Source: Lysobacterales bacterium
GTDB taxonomy: Bacteria; Pseudomonadota; Gammaproteobacteria; Xanthomonadales; SZUA-5
Assembly: GCA_022841325.1 (NCBI GenBank)
Contig: JALHRS010000020.1
Coordinates: 2,541 to 66,540 of the forward strand
DNA: 64,000 nt
Direction of reading: 5' to 3'
Part shown: in pieces, positions 9,845-19,883 of the stretch
How positions within the stretch are numbered: position 1 is the first letter of the stretch
Layout of the letters: the number at the start of each line of letters is the position of its first letter
The notes under the pieces: generated by a model
What the model was told of the DNA's origin: nothing
The model's database searches: none
What the model saw: only the letters and a program-made list of their open reading frames with translations
Translations under genes and position numbers: made by a program

Positions 9845-11155
9845 ATGCAGGTTTCGGTCGAGAAGCTGGACGATTTTGCCCGTCGTCTCAAGATCAGTGT
9901 TCCGGGCGAGCGCTATCACCAGGTCGTGCACGCGCGCATCCGCGAATTGTCGAAGACGGTGTCGCTCAACGGCTTCCGTCAAGGCAAGGTGCCGGCGATG
10001 GTGATCGAGAAGCGCTACGGTCAGCAGATACGCGACGAAGTTGCCAACACGCTGATTCGCGAAACCCTGGCGGAGGCGGTGCAGCAGGAAAATCTGCGTC
10101 CGGCGCAGACGCCTTCGGTCGTGAAGGATGCCGAAGGTGCCAACGAGTTTGCCTACACGGCCACCTTTGATGTGCTCCCGGAGTTTCCCGAGATCGACGT
10201 CACCGATCTGGTGATCGAGCGTGAAGTGGCGCAGGCCACCGACGCCGACATCGATCGCATGATCGACACCCTGCGGCGCCAGCGCATGAGCTTCCGTCCG
10301 GCCGACAGGCCTGCCATTGCCGGGGATTTCATTGCCTTCGAGTTCGTGATCAGCGCCGATGGCGTGCGGATTCCGGAAGAGGGCAAGGAACGTGGTCTGA
10401 CCGCAATCGGTCAGAAAGCGGTGATGCCGGAAATCGAAGACGCGCTGGTCGGCATGAGTGCCGGCGAAGAAAAGTCGATCACTGCCGAGTTCCCGGCCGA
10501 CTACCGCGATGAGCGGATCGCCGGCAAGAGCGCGACGATCGAGCTCAGCGTGACTCGAATCAACGAAGGTGTGTTGCCCGAAGTTGACGACCGCTTTGCT
10601 GCCAGCTTCAACATCAGTGGTGGTGTCGACGCATTCAGGCGTGAAGTGCGGCAGAACCTCGAGCGCGAGCTCGGCCAGGCGCTGTCGGGTCGTCTGCGCG
10701 GTGCGGTGGTCGAGCAGTTGTTGAAGAAATACAACGATCTGGCGGTGCCCAATTCGCTGGTCACCAGCGAAGCCGAAGCCATGCAGCGTCAGGCTGTGGC
10801 CGAGATGACCGAGCGCGCCACGCAGGCGGGTCAGCCAGTGCCGCCGCCGCCAGCGGTCGAGAGCCTGCGCGATCTGGCGCGGCGCCGGGTGCTGGCCGGG
10901 CTGCTGTTGAACGAGATCGCCATGCGCAACAGTCTGCGTCTGGACGATTCCAAGGTCCGTCTGGCGCTGTCGGCCATCGCTTCGACCTACGAGGATCCCT
11001 CCGAAGTGGTCACCATGTATCAGCAGGATCAGCGCCTGATGAACAGCCTGCGCGCCCGGGTCATGGATGAGCAGGTGGCCGAGTGGGTGGCGCAGCGCGC
11101 CAAGGTCACCGAGGTCGAGCGCAGCTTCAAGGAGATCCTGCAGCCGGGCAGCTGA
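9845..11155 (+). CDS. tig: Trigger factor
   Basis: MQVSVEKLDDFARRLKISVP start with GGAGG RBS. FKBP-type middle domain. Conserved tig-clpP-clpX-lon order. Confidence 0.95.
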   Translation: MQVSVEKLDDFARRLKISVPGERYHQVVHARIRELSKTVSLNGFRQGKVPAMVIEKRYGQQIRDEVANTLIRETLAEAVQQENLRPAQTPSVVKDAEGANEFAYTATFDVLPEFPEIDVTDLVIEREVAQATDADIDRMIDTLRRQRMSFRPADRPAIAGDFIAFEFVISADGVRIPEEGKERGLTAIGQKAVMPEIEDALVGMSAGEEKSITAEFPADYRDERIAGKSATIELSVTRINEGVLPEVDDRFAASFNISGGVDAFRREVRQNLERELGQALSGRLRGAVVEQLLKKYNDLAVPNSLVTSEAEAMQRQAVAEMTERATQAGQPVPPPPAVESLRDLARRRVLAGLLLNEIAMRNSLRLDDSKVRLALSAIASTYEDPSEVVTMYQQDQRLMNSLRARVMDEQVAEWVAQRAKVTEVERSFKEILQPGS

Positions 11156-11316
11156 GGCTGTCGCGACCTGCTGGACGCAGCATCAGGGGCACCGGTCAGG
11201 CGAGGTCAACTCGTCGGGCCGGTGCCCTTTCTGTTTTCGGGGTGTGGTCGCTCCGGGATCAGCGCAGGCGAACCATGAAACAAGGCGCCGGAGCGTATTG
11301 CGGGCTTTGCACGCCT

Positions 11317-11384
11317 GGAGCGCCCTTGCGGCGCGACCGCTGCCGCGAGAGTGCGGCTTTCCGGTCGCGCCGCAAGGGCGCTCC
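11317..11384. repeat. Perfect 23-bp inverted repeat (GGAGCGCCCTTGCGGCGCGACCG / 22-nt loop / reverse complement)
   Basis: Read directly. Related half-copies at 390-411 and 3471-3490. Confidence 0.85.
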
Positions 11385-11469
11385 TACACGCGACTGAGGT
11401 TCATGGCCCGTGCGCAGTGTCGGGCCGAATCAGGTGGCTCTCCAAGAACCCATGTCGTAAGTTGTTGAT

Positions 11470-11553
11470 GCGTCATTGCGAGGAGCGTAGCGACGAAGCA
11501 ATCCAGGTATCGCCGCACGCCCCTGGATTGCTTCGCTACGCTCGCAATGACGC
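11470..11553. repeat. Family-2 palindromic element (GCGTCATTGCGAGGAGCGTAGCGACGAAGCAATCCAG ... CTGGATTGCTTCGCTACGCTCGCAATGACGC)
   Basis: Read directly. Second copy with the same 5' flank (CGTAAGTTGTTGAT) at 63241-63328. Partial half at 11598-11611. Confidence 0.85.
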
Positions 11554-11681
11554 CGGGGGTTAATGGCCCGTCAGCAGTTTCAGGCCGACACACGCGGCTC
11601 GCAATGACGCCGGTTCAAGGTCGCTGCGCAGGCGCGAGTGCTTCCTCAGGGCTGCTTCGAGTCAAGCTCTCGTCTCGCCGG

Positions 11682-11706
11682 TTGAAAAGAGGTAGAACGT
11701 CCCCAT
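11682..11706 (+). promoter_or_regulatory. Sigma32 (heat-shock) type promoter upstream of clpP: TTGAAA-N13-CCCCATCC
   Basis: Matches the RpoH consensus CTTGAAA-N13/14-CCCCATNT. Lies 28 nt upstream of the clpP ATG. Confidence 0.65.
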
Positions 11707-11733
11707 CCAATGGCGTCTACCCGGGAGTATTCG

Positions 11734-12360
11734 ATGAGCAATGACATTCGCGCCCTGAATCTGGTTCCCATTGTGGTCGAGCAGAGTGCTCGGGGCGAGC
11801 GGGCCTATGACATCTATTCCCGGCTCCTCAAGGAGCGCGTGGTTTTCTGTGTCGGTCCCATCGATGACTACATGGCCAATGTGATCGTGGCCCAGTTGCT
11901 GTTCCTGGAATCGGAGAATCCGGACAAGGACATCAATCTTTACATCAACAGCCCTGGTGGCGCGGTCACCGCCGGGATGGCGATCTACGACACCATGCAG
12001 TTCGTGAAGCCGCCGATCAGCACCATGTGCATCGGTCAGGCCGCCAGCATGGGGGCCGTGTTGCTGGCGGCGGGTGCTGCCGGCAAGCGCTTCTGTCTGC
12101 CGAACTCGCGGGTCATGATCCATCAACCGCTGGGCGGATATTCGGGCCAGGCCTCGGATATCGACATCCACGCACGGGAAATCCTGCTGATTCGCGAGAA
12201 GCTCAACCGCATCCTGGCCAGCCACACCGGGCAGCCGCTCGAGCGCATCGCCAAGGACACCGATCGCGACTACTTCATGAGCGCCGAAGACTCCAAGGCC
12301 TATGGTGTGGTCGATGAAGTGCTGGATCGTCGCGCCGAAGGCTCGATCAAGTCGGTTTGA
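11734..12360 (+). CDS. clpP: ATP-dependent Clp protease proteolytic subunit
   Basis: Near-canonical ClpP sequence (catalytic-Ser context [16 protein letters not shown]). ATG 11734 preferred because the sigma32 promoter overlaps the upstream ATG at 11710. Confidence 0.95.
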   Translation: MSNDIRALNLVPIVVEQSARGERAYDIYSRLLKERVVFCVGPIDDYMANVIVAQLLFLESENPDKDINLYINSPGGAVTAGMAIYDTMQFVKPPISTMCIGQAASMGAVLLAAGAAGKRFCLPNSRVMIHQPLGGYSGQASDIDIHAREILLIREKLNRILASHTGQPLERIAKDTDRDYFMSAEDSKAYGVVDEVLDRRAEGSIKSV

Positions 12361-12441
12361 GGCCTGCACAGCCTTAAAAAAACCCTGTGATATGCTCGGG
12401 CCGTCGGGGTCCTACGGGCGCTTTTCTGTTGAGGTTCGCAA

Positions 12442-13719
12442 ATGTCTGACGATCGCCAGCACCGCTCCGGGGACGGTGGCAAAGTGTTGTACTGCTCGTT
12501 CTGTGGCAAGAGTCAGCACGAGGTCCGCAAGCTGATCGCAGGACCGAGCGTGTTCATCTGTGATGAGTGCGTCGAGTTGTGCAATGACATCATCCGCGAA
12601 GAGCTTGAAGACAAGGCTCAGGCCGGACGCAGCAGTCTGCCCAAGCCGCGTGAAATCCTGGATGTCCTGGATCAGTACGTCATCGGCCAGCAGCGCGCCA
12701 AGCGCATCCTGTCGGTGGCGGTACACAATCATTACAAGCGCCTGGAGTCCCGTCAGCGCGGTGATGATGTGGAGCTGGCCAAGAGCAACATCCTGCTGAT
12801 CGGACCCACCGGATCGGGCAAGACCCTGCTGGCCGAAACGCTGGCGCGGCTGCTCAACGTGCCGTTCACGATTGCTGATGCCACCACGCTCACCGAGGCC
12901 GGTTATGTCGGCGAGGATGTGGAAAACATCATCCAGAAGCTGCTGCAGAAATGCGATTACGAAGTCGACAAGGCGCAGACCGGGATTGTCTACATCGATG
13001 AAATCGACAAGATTTCGCGCAAGAGCGAGAACCCGTCGATCACCCGGGATGTGTCGGGCGAGGGCGTGCAGCAGGCGCTGCTGAAGCTGATCGAGGGCAC
13101 CGTGGCCTCGGTGCCGCCCCAGGGTGGCCGCAAGCACCCCCAGCAGGAATTCCTGCAGGTCGACACCCGCAATATCCTGTTCATCTGTGGTGGTGCCTTC
13201 GCCGGACTGGAAAAGATCATCCAGGCGCGTTCCACATCGACCGGCATCGGCTTTTCGGCCGACATCCGCAGTACCGAGTCCAGGCGCAATGTGGGTCAGG
13301 TGCTGGTCGAGGTCGAGCCTGAGGATCTGATCCGCTTTGGCCTGATTCCCGAATTCGTCGGTCGTCTGCCGGTAGTGGCTACCCTGGAGGAACTGGATGA
13401 ATCGGCGCTGGTACGGATTCTTTCCGAGCCGAAGAACGCGCTGGTCAAGCAATTCCGTCGCCTGTTCGAAATGGAGGGGGTGGATCTGGAATTCCGTCCC
13501 GATGCGCTGGCCGCCATCGCCCGCAAGGCGCTGGAACGGCGCACCGGCGCGCGCGGATTGCGGACCATCATCGAACAGGTGCTGCTCGACACCATGTTCG
13601 ATCTGCCGTCGATGAGCAACGTCAGCAAGATCGTGGTGGACGAAGCCGTCATCAATGGCGCTGCTGAGCCCTACCTGATCTACGAAGGTAGCGCCCAGCC
13701 ACGCACGGCAGCCCAGTAG
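12442..13719 (+). CDS. clpX: ATP-dependent Clp protease ATP-binding subunit ClpX
   Basis: N-terminal zinc finger CSFCGK..CDEC, Walker [12 protein letters not shown]-type loop. Confidence 0.97.
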   Translation: MSDDRQHRSGDGGKVLYCSFCGKSQHEVRKLIAGPSVFICDECVELCNDIIREELEDKAQAGRSSLPKPREILDVLDQYVIGQQRAKRILSVAVHNHYKRLESRQRGDDVELAKSNILLIGPTGSGKTLLAETLARLLNVPFTIADATTLTEAGYVGEDVENIIQKLLQKCDYEVDKAQTGIVYIDEIDKISRKSENPSITRDVSGEGVQQALLKLIEGTVASVPPQGGRKHPQQEFLQVDTRNILFICGGAFAGLEKIIQARSTSTGIGFSADIRSTESRRNVGQVLVEVEPEDLIRFGLIPEFVGRLPVVATLEELDESALVRILSEPKNALVKQFRRLFEMEGVDLEFRPDALAAIARKALERRTGARGLRTIIEQVLLDTMFDLPSMSNVSKIVVDEAVINGAAEPYLIYEGSAQPRTAAQ

Positions 13720-13750
13720 CAGCAGGCGAGTGCCCGGCTTCCGGCCGGGC

Positions 13751-13775
13751 TTGTAATCGCCCGGCCATACCCCAC
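13751..13775 (+). promoter_or_regulatory. Sigma32-type promoter upstream of lon: (C)TTGTAA-N13-CCCCACCT
   Basis: Spacing and -10 C-run fit the RpoH consensus. Preceded by the GCCCGG...CCGGGC hairpin after clpX. Confidence 0.55.
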
Positions 13776-13829
13776 CTTATCAGCGTGTCGGGACTGCTCC
13801 CGGCCGCCGTCACGGTATTGGAGTGAAAG

Positions 13830-16349
13830 ATGTCTGCAACTACCCGCCTGGAATTCGGCCGCAGCGAGAAGTCCCTGCCGATATTGCCCCTGCGCGATGT
13901 CGTGGTCTATCCGCACATGGTGATCCCGCTGTTCGTCGGGCGCGAGCGCTCGATGAAGGCGCTGGAGTCGGCGATGGAGAGCGACAAGCAGATACTGCTG
14001 ATCAGCCAGCGCGCGCCGGAGATCGATGATCCCAAGCCCGATGAGCTCTACGACGTCGGTACCCAGGCCACGGTGCTGCAGTTGCTCAAGCTGCCCGATG
14101 GCACCATCAAGTTGCTGGTCGAGGGCTTGAAGCGCGTCGAAATCACCCAGGTTTCCGAGCACGACACCGTGTTCCGCGCGGTGCCGGTGGAGATCGAATC
14201 CACTGCGGACCGTGAACCCCGCGAGATCGAGGTGCTTTCGCGCACGCTGCTCTCGCAGTTCGAGCAGCTGGTCAAGCTCAATCGCAAGATACCGCCCGAG
14301 CTGTTGTCCACGCTCGGCGCCATCGACGATCCCAGCCGCTTTGCCGACACCATCGCCGCGCACCTGTCGATCAAGCTGTCGGACAAGCAGAGCCTGCTGG
14401 AGACGGCCGGCATCGGCGCGCGTCTGGAGATGCTGATGGCAGCGGTGGATGCCGAGATCGATCTGCTGCAGATCGAAAAGCGCATCCGCGGCCGGGTCAA
14501 GTCGCAGATGGAAAAGAGCCAGCGCGAGTACTATCTCAACGAGCAGATGAAGGCCATTCAGAAGGAACTGGGGGAACTCGACGAGGCCCCCAGCGAGATG
14601 GATGAGCTGGCGCGGCGCATCGAGAAGGCCGGCATGCCCAAGGAAGTGGCTGCCAAGGCGCGCACCGAGCTCAACAAGCTGAAGATGATGTCGCCGATGT
14701 CGGCAGAGGCGACCGTGGTCCGCAACTACATCGACTGGCTGGCGAACGTGCCGTGGTCGGAGCGCTCACGCATCCGCAAGAATCTGGCGGAGGCGAAGAA
14801 GGTGCTGGACGAGGATCACTTCGGCCTGGAGAAGGTCAAGGAGCGCATTCTCGAGTATCTGGCCGTGCAGCAGCGGGTCAAGCACATGAAGGCACCGATC
14901 CTGTGCCTGGTCGGGCCGCCGGGCGTGGGCAAGACCTCGCTCGGGCAGTCGATCGCACGGGCGACCGGACGCAAGTTCGTGCGCATGTCGCTGGGCGGCG
15001 TACGCGACGAGGCCGAGATCCGGGGCCATCGGCGCACCTACATCGGTTCGCTGCCGGGCCGCATCGTCCAGAACCTCAGCAAGGTGAAGACCAAGAACCC
15101 GCTGTTCATGCTCGACGAGCTGGACAAGATGTCGATGGATTTCCGCGGCGATCCTTCGTCGGCCCTGCTGGAAGTGCTGGATCCGGAACAGAATCACAGC
15201 TTCAACGACCACTATCTGGAAGTGGATCTGGACCTGTCCGAAACCATGTTCATCGGCACCGCCAATTCGCTGAACATCCCGGGACCCTTGCTCGACCGCA
15301 TGGAAGTCATCCGCATTCCCGGCTACACCGAGGATGAGAAGGTGGCCATCGCCAGGCGCTATCTGGTGCCCAAGCAGCTGAAGGCCAACGGCTTGAAAGC
15401 CGAGGAGATTTCCATCAGCGACGGGGTGCTGGTCGACATGATCCGCTACTACACGCGAGAGGCCGGCGTGCGTAGTCTGGAGCGTGAAGTCAGCAAGATC
15501 TGCCGCAAGGTGGTCAAGGAGCTGTCGTTGACCGAAGCCGCCCAGAAAGCCGCGAAATCGGCGCGCAAGGGCAAGGCTGCCGGTGCCAGGACCGCCACTG
15601 CCAGCAAGGCCAAGGCCGCGCAGAAGGTCATCCACGTCACCAGCAAGAACCTGGACAAGTTCCTCGGCGTGCGCCGCTTCCAGTACGGACAGGCCGAAGA
15701 GAAGGACGAGATCGGGCTGGTCACGGGCCTGGCCTGGACCGAGGTTGGCGGCGAGATCCTCAGCATCGAGGCCTCCATCGTTCCCGGGCGCGGCAAGCTG
15801 ATCCAGACCGGGCAACTCGGTGAAGTGATGCAGGAGTCGGTGCAGGCGGCGCTGTCGGTCGTGCGCAGCCGCAGCCAGTCGCTGGGCATTGATCCGGATT
15901 TCCATCAGAAGTGGGACATTCACGTGCACGTACCCGAAGGTGCGACACCCAAGGACGGGCCCAGTGCCGGTATCGGCATGTGCACGGCGCTGGTGTCGGC
16001 GCTCACCAAGATTCCGGTCCGTTCCGCAGTCGCGATGACCGGTGAGATCACACTGCGCGGTCGGGTGCTGCCGATCGGCGGACTCAAGGAAAAGCTGCTG
16101 GCGGCTCATCGCGGTGGCATCCGCACGGTGATCATCCCCGATGACAACCGCAAGGATCTTGCCGACATTCCGGCCAATGTCACCCGGGACCTGGAAATCA
16201 GGCCGGTCAAGTGGATAGACGAGGCGCTGGACATCGCTCTGGTCAGTTCGCCGGTGCCGGTGGCCAGTGGTCCGGCAGTGGCCGAAGAGGAAAAGCCGGG
16301 TGCAGCAGGCGCCGAAGTGGGCCAGGCACCGGGTGTGGTGAGGCACTGA
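13830..16349 (+). CDS. lon: Lon protease (LonA)
   Basis: LON N-domain, Walker A GPPGVGKT, protease Ser motif PKDGPSAG. Basic Ala/Lys-rich insert at 15531-15626 and a C-terminal extension. Confidence 0.97.
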   Translation: MSATTRLEFGRSEKSLPILPLRDVVVYPHMVIPLFVGRERSMKALESAMESDKQILLISQRAPEIDDPKPDELYDVGTQATVLQLLKLPDGTIKLLVEGLKRVEITQVSEHDTVFRAVPVEIESTADREPREIEVLSRTLLSQFEQLVKLNRKIPPELLSTLGAIDDPSRFADTIAAHLSIKLSDKQSLLETAGIGARLEMLMAAVDAEIDLLQIEKRIRGRVKSQMEKSQREYYLNEQMKAIQKELGELDEAPSEMDELARRIEKAGMPKEVAAKARTELNKLKMMSPMSAEATVVRNYIDWLANVPWSERSRIRKNLAEAKKVLDEDHFGLEKVKERILEYLAVQQRVKHMKAPILCLVGPPGVGKTSLGQSIARATGRKFVRMSLGGVRDEAEIRGHRRTYIGSLPGRIVQNLSKVKTKNPLFMLDELDKMSMDFRGDPSSALLEVLDPEQNHSFNDHYLEVDLDLSETMFIGTANSLNIPGPLLDRMEVIRIPGYTEDEKVAIARRYLVPKQLKANGLKAEEISISDGVLVDMIRYYTREAGVRSLEREVSKICRKVVKELSLTEAAQKAAKSARKGKAAGARTATASKAKAAQKVIHVTSKNLDKFLGVRRFQYGQAEEKDEIGLVTGLAWTEVGGEILSIEASIVPGRGKLIQTGQLGEVMQESVQAALSVVRSRSQSLGIDPDFHQKWDIHVHVPEGATPKDGPSAGIGMCTALVSALTKIPVRSAVAMTGEITLRGRVLPIGGLKEKLLAAHRGGIRTVIIPDDNRKDLADIPANVTRDLEIRPVKWIDEALDIALVSSPVPVASGPAVAEEEKPGAAGAEVGQAPGVVRH

Positions 16350-16534
16350 GGTGACACGCTTTGTTGCGTGGTCATTTCTCGCCTGATATAAAGCGCCAGC
16401 GCTGTTCGCCGCATCTTTCGAGCGCTGGCGCGGATCACGGCAGGTACTGCGAGATCCGGAAAGCTGATAGCCCCAACAACTAACAATCCGATTGGCAGCC
16501 ACCCTGCTGCCGATTAAGAAGGGAGTTTCACCTC

Positions 16535-16807
16535 ATGAAAAAGACTGACCTGGTCACCGAGATCGCCGACGCTGCAGACCTCAGCAAGGCTGATGCCGGC
16601 CGCGCTCTGGACGCATTCATCAGCGTCGTCACCAAGGCACTCAAGGCTGGCGACAGCGTCACGCTGACCGGCTTCGGCACCTTCGATGTGCGCAAGCGCG
16701 CTGCTCGTCAGGGCCGCAATCCGCAGACCGGTGCCACGATCAAGATCAAGGCATCGAAAAATCCTGGTTTCAAGGCTGGTAAAGCCCTGAAGGATGCCGT
16801 AAACTAA
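16535..16807 (+). CDS. hupB: DNA-binding protein HU-beta
   Basis: 90-aa canonical HU sequence ([16 protein letters not shown]). Confidence 0.95.
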   Translation: MKKTDLVTEIADAADLSKADAGRALDAFISVVTKALKAGDSVTLTGFGTFDVRKRAARQGRNPQTGATIKIKASKNPGFKAGKALKDAVN

Positions 16808-16821
16808 CGGGCTCTCCGGCT

Positions 16822-16896
16822 GGGTGCTTAGCTCAGCGGTAGAGCGTCTCCCTTACAAGGAGAGGGTCGGGGGTTCGATCCCCTCAGCACCCACCA
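16822..16896 (+). tRNA. tRNA-Val (anticodon UAC)
   Basis: Acceptor GGGTGCT/AGCACCC, anticodon loop CTTACAA, encoded CCA. Confidence 0.93.
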
Positions 16897-16907
16897 ACAG
16901 TTTCAAT

Positions 16908-16984
16908 GGAGCGGTAGTTCAGTCGGTTAGAATACCGGCCTGTCACGCCGGGGGTCGCGGGTTCGAGCCCCGTCCGCTCCGCCA
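16908..16984 (+). tRNA. tRNA-Asp (anticodon GUC)
   Basis: Acceptor GGAGCGG/CCGCTCC, anticodon loop CTGTCAC, encoded CCA. Confidence 0.95.
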
Positions 16985-16989
16985 ATCCT

Positions 16990-17022
16990 GACACGGGCGC
17001 CTTAGGGGCGCCCGTGTCATTT
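16990..17022 (+). terminator. Terminator hairpin after tRNA-Asp
   Basis: GACACGGGCGCC-TTAG-GGGCGCCCGTGTC (12-13 bp) followed by ATTT. The T-run is weak. Confidence 0.5.
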
Positions 17023-17073
17023 CCGGGCTCAGCAACTTGCTCGGCCCATCAACAGTCGCTACAGGTTTTGATC

Positions 17074-18975
17074 ATGCTGCAGGCAATCCGCGAGAAGATG
17101 TCCGGCTGGGTTCTGGTCATCATCGTACTGTTGTTGGCCATTCCGTTCGCACTGTTCGGAATCAACAACTATTTCCAGGCGCAGGTGGACACCTACGTCG
17201 CCAAAGTCAACGACGTTGAAATTGCGCCGCGAGAGTTGCAGGAACGGCTCGATCTGCAGCGACGCCAGTACCGCCAGATGTTGGGCCAGGACGCGGATCT
17301 GCGTTTCCTCGAGTCGCCCGACAGCAAGCGCCGGGTGCTGGACTCACTGATCGAGGAAGAGCTTCGCTTCCAGGACGCGCGTGCGGCCGGCGTGGAAGTC
17401 CCCAAGGCCAAGCTGCAGAGCGAGATTCTCGCGATCGATGCCTTCAAGCCGGGCGGCAGCTTTGACCAGAATGCCTACGTGGCCACGCTGCGCAACAACA
17501 ACATGACGCCGGCGATGTTCGAACAGCGTCTGGTGCGGGATCTGGCGTCGCGCGAGATCACCGCTCGTCTGAGCGAGAGCGCCTTCGTCACCGATGCCGA
17601 GGTCGACAGCTATCTGCGCCTGCAGAACCAGACCCGCAGTTTTGCTGCGGTGATCCTGAACGCGGGGGAAGAGACCGCGCCGGCGCCGACCGAAGAAGCC
17701 ATCGCTGCCGATTTCGAGGCGCGCAAGTCCGACTTCATGACGGCCGAGTTGGTCACGGTGGAATACGTAGAACTGAAACCCTCCGATATCAAGGTCGATG
17801 CCCCGACCGAAGAGGATCTGCAGGCGCGTTACGAGGAGCAGAAGGATCGCTATGTGGTGCCGGAACAGCGCCAGATCAGCCATATCCTGTTCGAAGTGCC
17901 GGCAGACGCCGATGCCGAGGCCCAGAAGGCTGCATTGGCCAAGGCGGAGGCCGTACTGGCAGAGATTCGCGGCGGCAAGGATTTCGCCGAAGCGGCGACA
18001 GCCAGTTCGGACGATCTCGGCTCCAGGCAGCAGGGCGGTGATCTCGGCTGGCTCGAACCGGGTGCGAGTGATCCGGCCTTTGAAGAGGCTGCGTTCAAGC
18101 TTGAAGCCGGCGCCGTGTCCGATCCGGTGCTGGGCAGCAACGGCTATCACCTGATCCTGGTTCGCGAAATCAAGCCGGAAAGCCGTCGCCAGTACGCCGA
18201 GGTCAAGGCAGAGCTGGAAACCGAGTATGTGAGTTCGGAGCAGGCACGACTGTATTCGGATCTGGCCGGGCAGCTGGTCGACGAGATTCATCGCGACCCG
18301 CAGTCGCTGGAAGGCCCGGCACAGCGGGTGGCGCTGGAAATCAAGCGCACCGAGCCGTTTTCGCGCGCCGGCGGTCCTGGCATCGCCAGCAACCCCGGTG
18401 TGCTGGAGGAGGTCTTCTCCGAACTGGTGCTCGAGCGTGGCCAGACCAGCGATCTGATCGATCTGGGCAAGGATCACGTGGTCGCCCTGCGCGTGGTCGA
18501 GCGCAAGGCGCCCGAGCCCAAGACACTTGATCAGGTTCGCGGCGAAATCGATGCCCAGTTGCGCCTGAAGGCGCAGCGCGAACAGCTCAAGATCAAGGTC
18601 GCCGAGCTGGAGGCGCGTCTGCTCGCCGGCGAAGCTCTGGCAACGATCGCGACTGAACTGGGCAAGACCCCGGAGCAGGCCGATGCGGTTGTGCGTACCG
18701 CCGGCAATCAGAACCCGACCCTGCTGGACAAGGTGTTCAAGTTGCCGCGTCCGGGTGCCACGCCGGTGCGCAAGGCCATCGAGTTGAGCGAGGACCAGCG
18801 GGCGCTGGTCGAGCTGAGCGCGGTAGTCGATGGTGACCCCAAGACCGTCGAAGCCGAGGCGCGGGAAGCGGCGCGATCGCAGCTGGTCGCCCAGTGGACC
18901 GAATCGGAAAACAGGGCCTACGTTGATTGGCTGCGCAAGAACGCGGTGATCAAGATTGCCGAAGACCGCATCTGA
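17074..18975 (+). CDS. ppiD: Periplasmic chaperone / peptidyl-prolyl isomerase PpiD
   Basis: N-terminal anchor MLQAIREKMSGWVLVIIVLLLAIPFALFG, parvulin domain (GGDLGW, GYHLILV). Conserved position after hupB. Confidence 0.9.
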   Translation: MLQAIREKMSGWVLVIIVLLLAIPFALFGINNYFQAQVDTYVAKVNDVEIAPRELQERLDLQRRQYRQMLGQDADLRFLESPDSKRRVLDSLIEEELRFQDARAAGVEVPKAKLQSEILAIDAFKPGGSFDQNAYVATLRNNNMTPAMFEQRLVRDLASREITARLSESAFVTDAEVDSYLRLQNQTRSFAAVILNAGEETAPAPTEEAIAADFEARKSDFMTAELVTVEYVELKPSDIKVDAPTEEDLQARYEEQKDRYVVPEQRQISHILFEVPADADAEAQKAALAKAEAVLAEIRGGKDFAEAATASSDDLGSRQQGGDLGWLEPGASDPAFEEAAFKLEAGAVSDPVLGSNGYHLILVREIKPESRRQYAEVKAELETEYVSSEQARLYSDLAGQLVDEIHRDPQSLEGPAQRVALEIKRTEPFSRAGGPGIASNPGVLEEVFSELVLERGQTSDLIDLGKDHVVALRVVERKAPEPKTLDQVRGEIDAQLRLKAQREQLKIKVAELEARLLAGEALATIATELGKTPEQADAVVRTAGNQNPTLLDKVFKLPRPGATPVRKAIELSEDQRALVELSAVVDGDPKTVEAEAREAARSQLVAQWTESENRAYVDWLRKNAVIKIAEDRI

Positions 18976-18983
18976 GGCAACGC

Positions 18984-19019
18984 CGGTAGCCGGTCGCCCC
19001 GCCAGGGGGCCGGCTACCG
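18984..19019. terminator. Hairpin between convergent ppiD and fabI (possible bidirectional terminator)
   Basis: CGGTAGCCGG ... CCGGCTACCG 10-bp stem. No T-run. Confidence 0.35.
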
Positions 19020-19033
19020 ACTCGAAGCGGAAC

Positions 19034-19825
19034 TCAGTCGCCGAGCAGATCGCCCATGCTGACGTGGCTGTAGCCTGAGTCCACGTACAGAATTTCGCCG
19101 GTGATGCCGGCAGCCAGATCGGAACACAGGAAAGCGGCGGCATTGCCGACATCCTCGATCTTGACGCTGCGCCGTAGCGGCGCCGTGCGCTCCACATGAT
19201 CGAGCATCTTCCGGAAATTGCCGATGCCGGCCGCCGCCAGGGTCTTGATGGGACCTGCGGAAATGGCGTTGACGCGGGTTCCCTCGGGGCCCAGATCCTG
19301 AGCCAGATAGCGCACGCAGGCCTCCAGGGAAGCCTTGGCCAGACCCATGACGTTGTAATTGGGCAGGGAGCGCACCGCGCCCAGATAGCTCAGTGTGATC
19401 AACGAGCCGCAACGGCCCTTCATCAGTTCCCGTGCGCCTTTGGCCAGTGCGGCAAAGCTGTAGCTGCTGATTTCATGCGCCGTGTTGAAACCCTCACGGG
19501 TCACGGCGTCGATGAAACGCCCCTGGATCTGGTCTCGCGGTGCGTAGGCAATGGAGTGGACCAGAATGTCCAACCCGTCCCAGTGCTGCCCCAGCTGCGC
19601 GAACAAGGCCTCGATCTCACCCTCGACCGCGACATCGCAAGGCAGAACCGGACCGCCGCCCAGAGCCGCCGCGGCTGCTTCCACCCGCGATCTGAGGCGC
19701 TCGTTCTGGTAGGTGAATGCCAATTCGGCGCCTTCGCGGTGCATCGCTTCGGCGATGCCCGAGGCAATTGATCGCTCCGACGCGATGCCGGTGATCAATG
19801 CGCGTTTGCCGCTAAGAAATCCCAT
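19034..19825 (-). CDS. fabI: Enoyl-[acyl-carrier-protein] reductase (NADH) FabI
   Basis: [22 protein letters not shown]-terminus, Tyr-x6-Lys active site ([12 protein letters not shown]). Confidence 0.95.
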   Translation of the reverse strand: MGFLSGKRALITGIASERSIASGIAEAMHREGAELAFTYQNERLRSRVEAAAAALGGGPVLPCDVAVEGEIEALFAQLGQHWDGLDILVHSIAYAPRDQIQGRFIDAVTREGFNTAHEISSYSFAALAKGARELMKGRCGSLITLSYLGAVRSLPNYNVMGLAKASLEACVRYLAQDLGPEGTRVNAISAGPIKTLAAAGIGNFRKMLDHVERTAPLRRSVKIEDVGNAAAFLCSDLAAGITGEILYVDSGYSHVSMGDLLGD

Positions 19826-19883
19826 CGTCTAGGTGCTCCCTGTTGAGTCGCTGAATCTGGTGCCGATGCGCGTTTGCCGAGCT

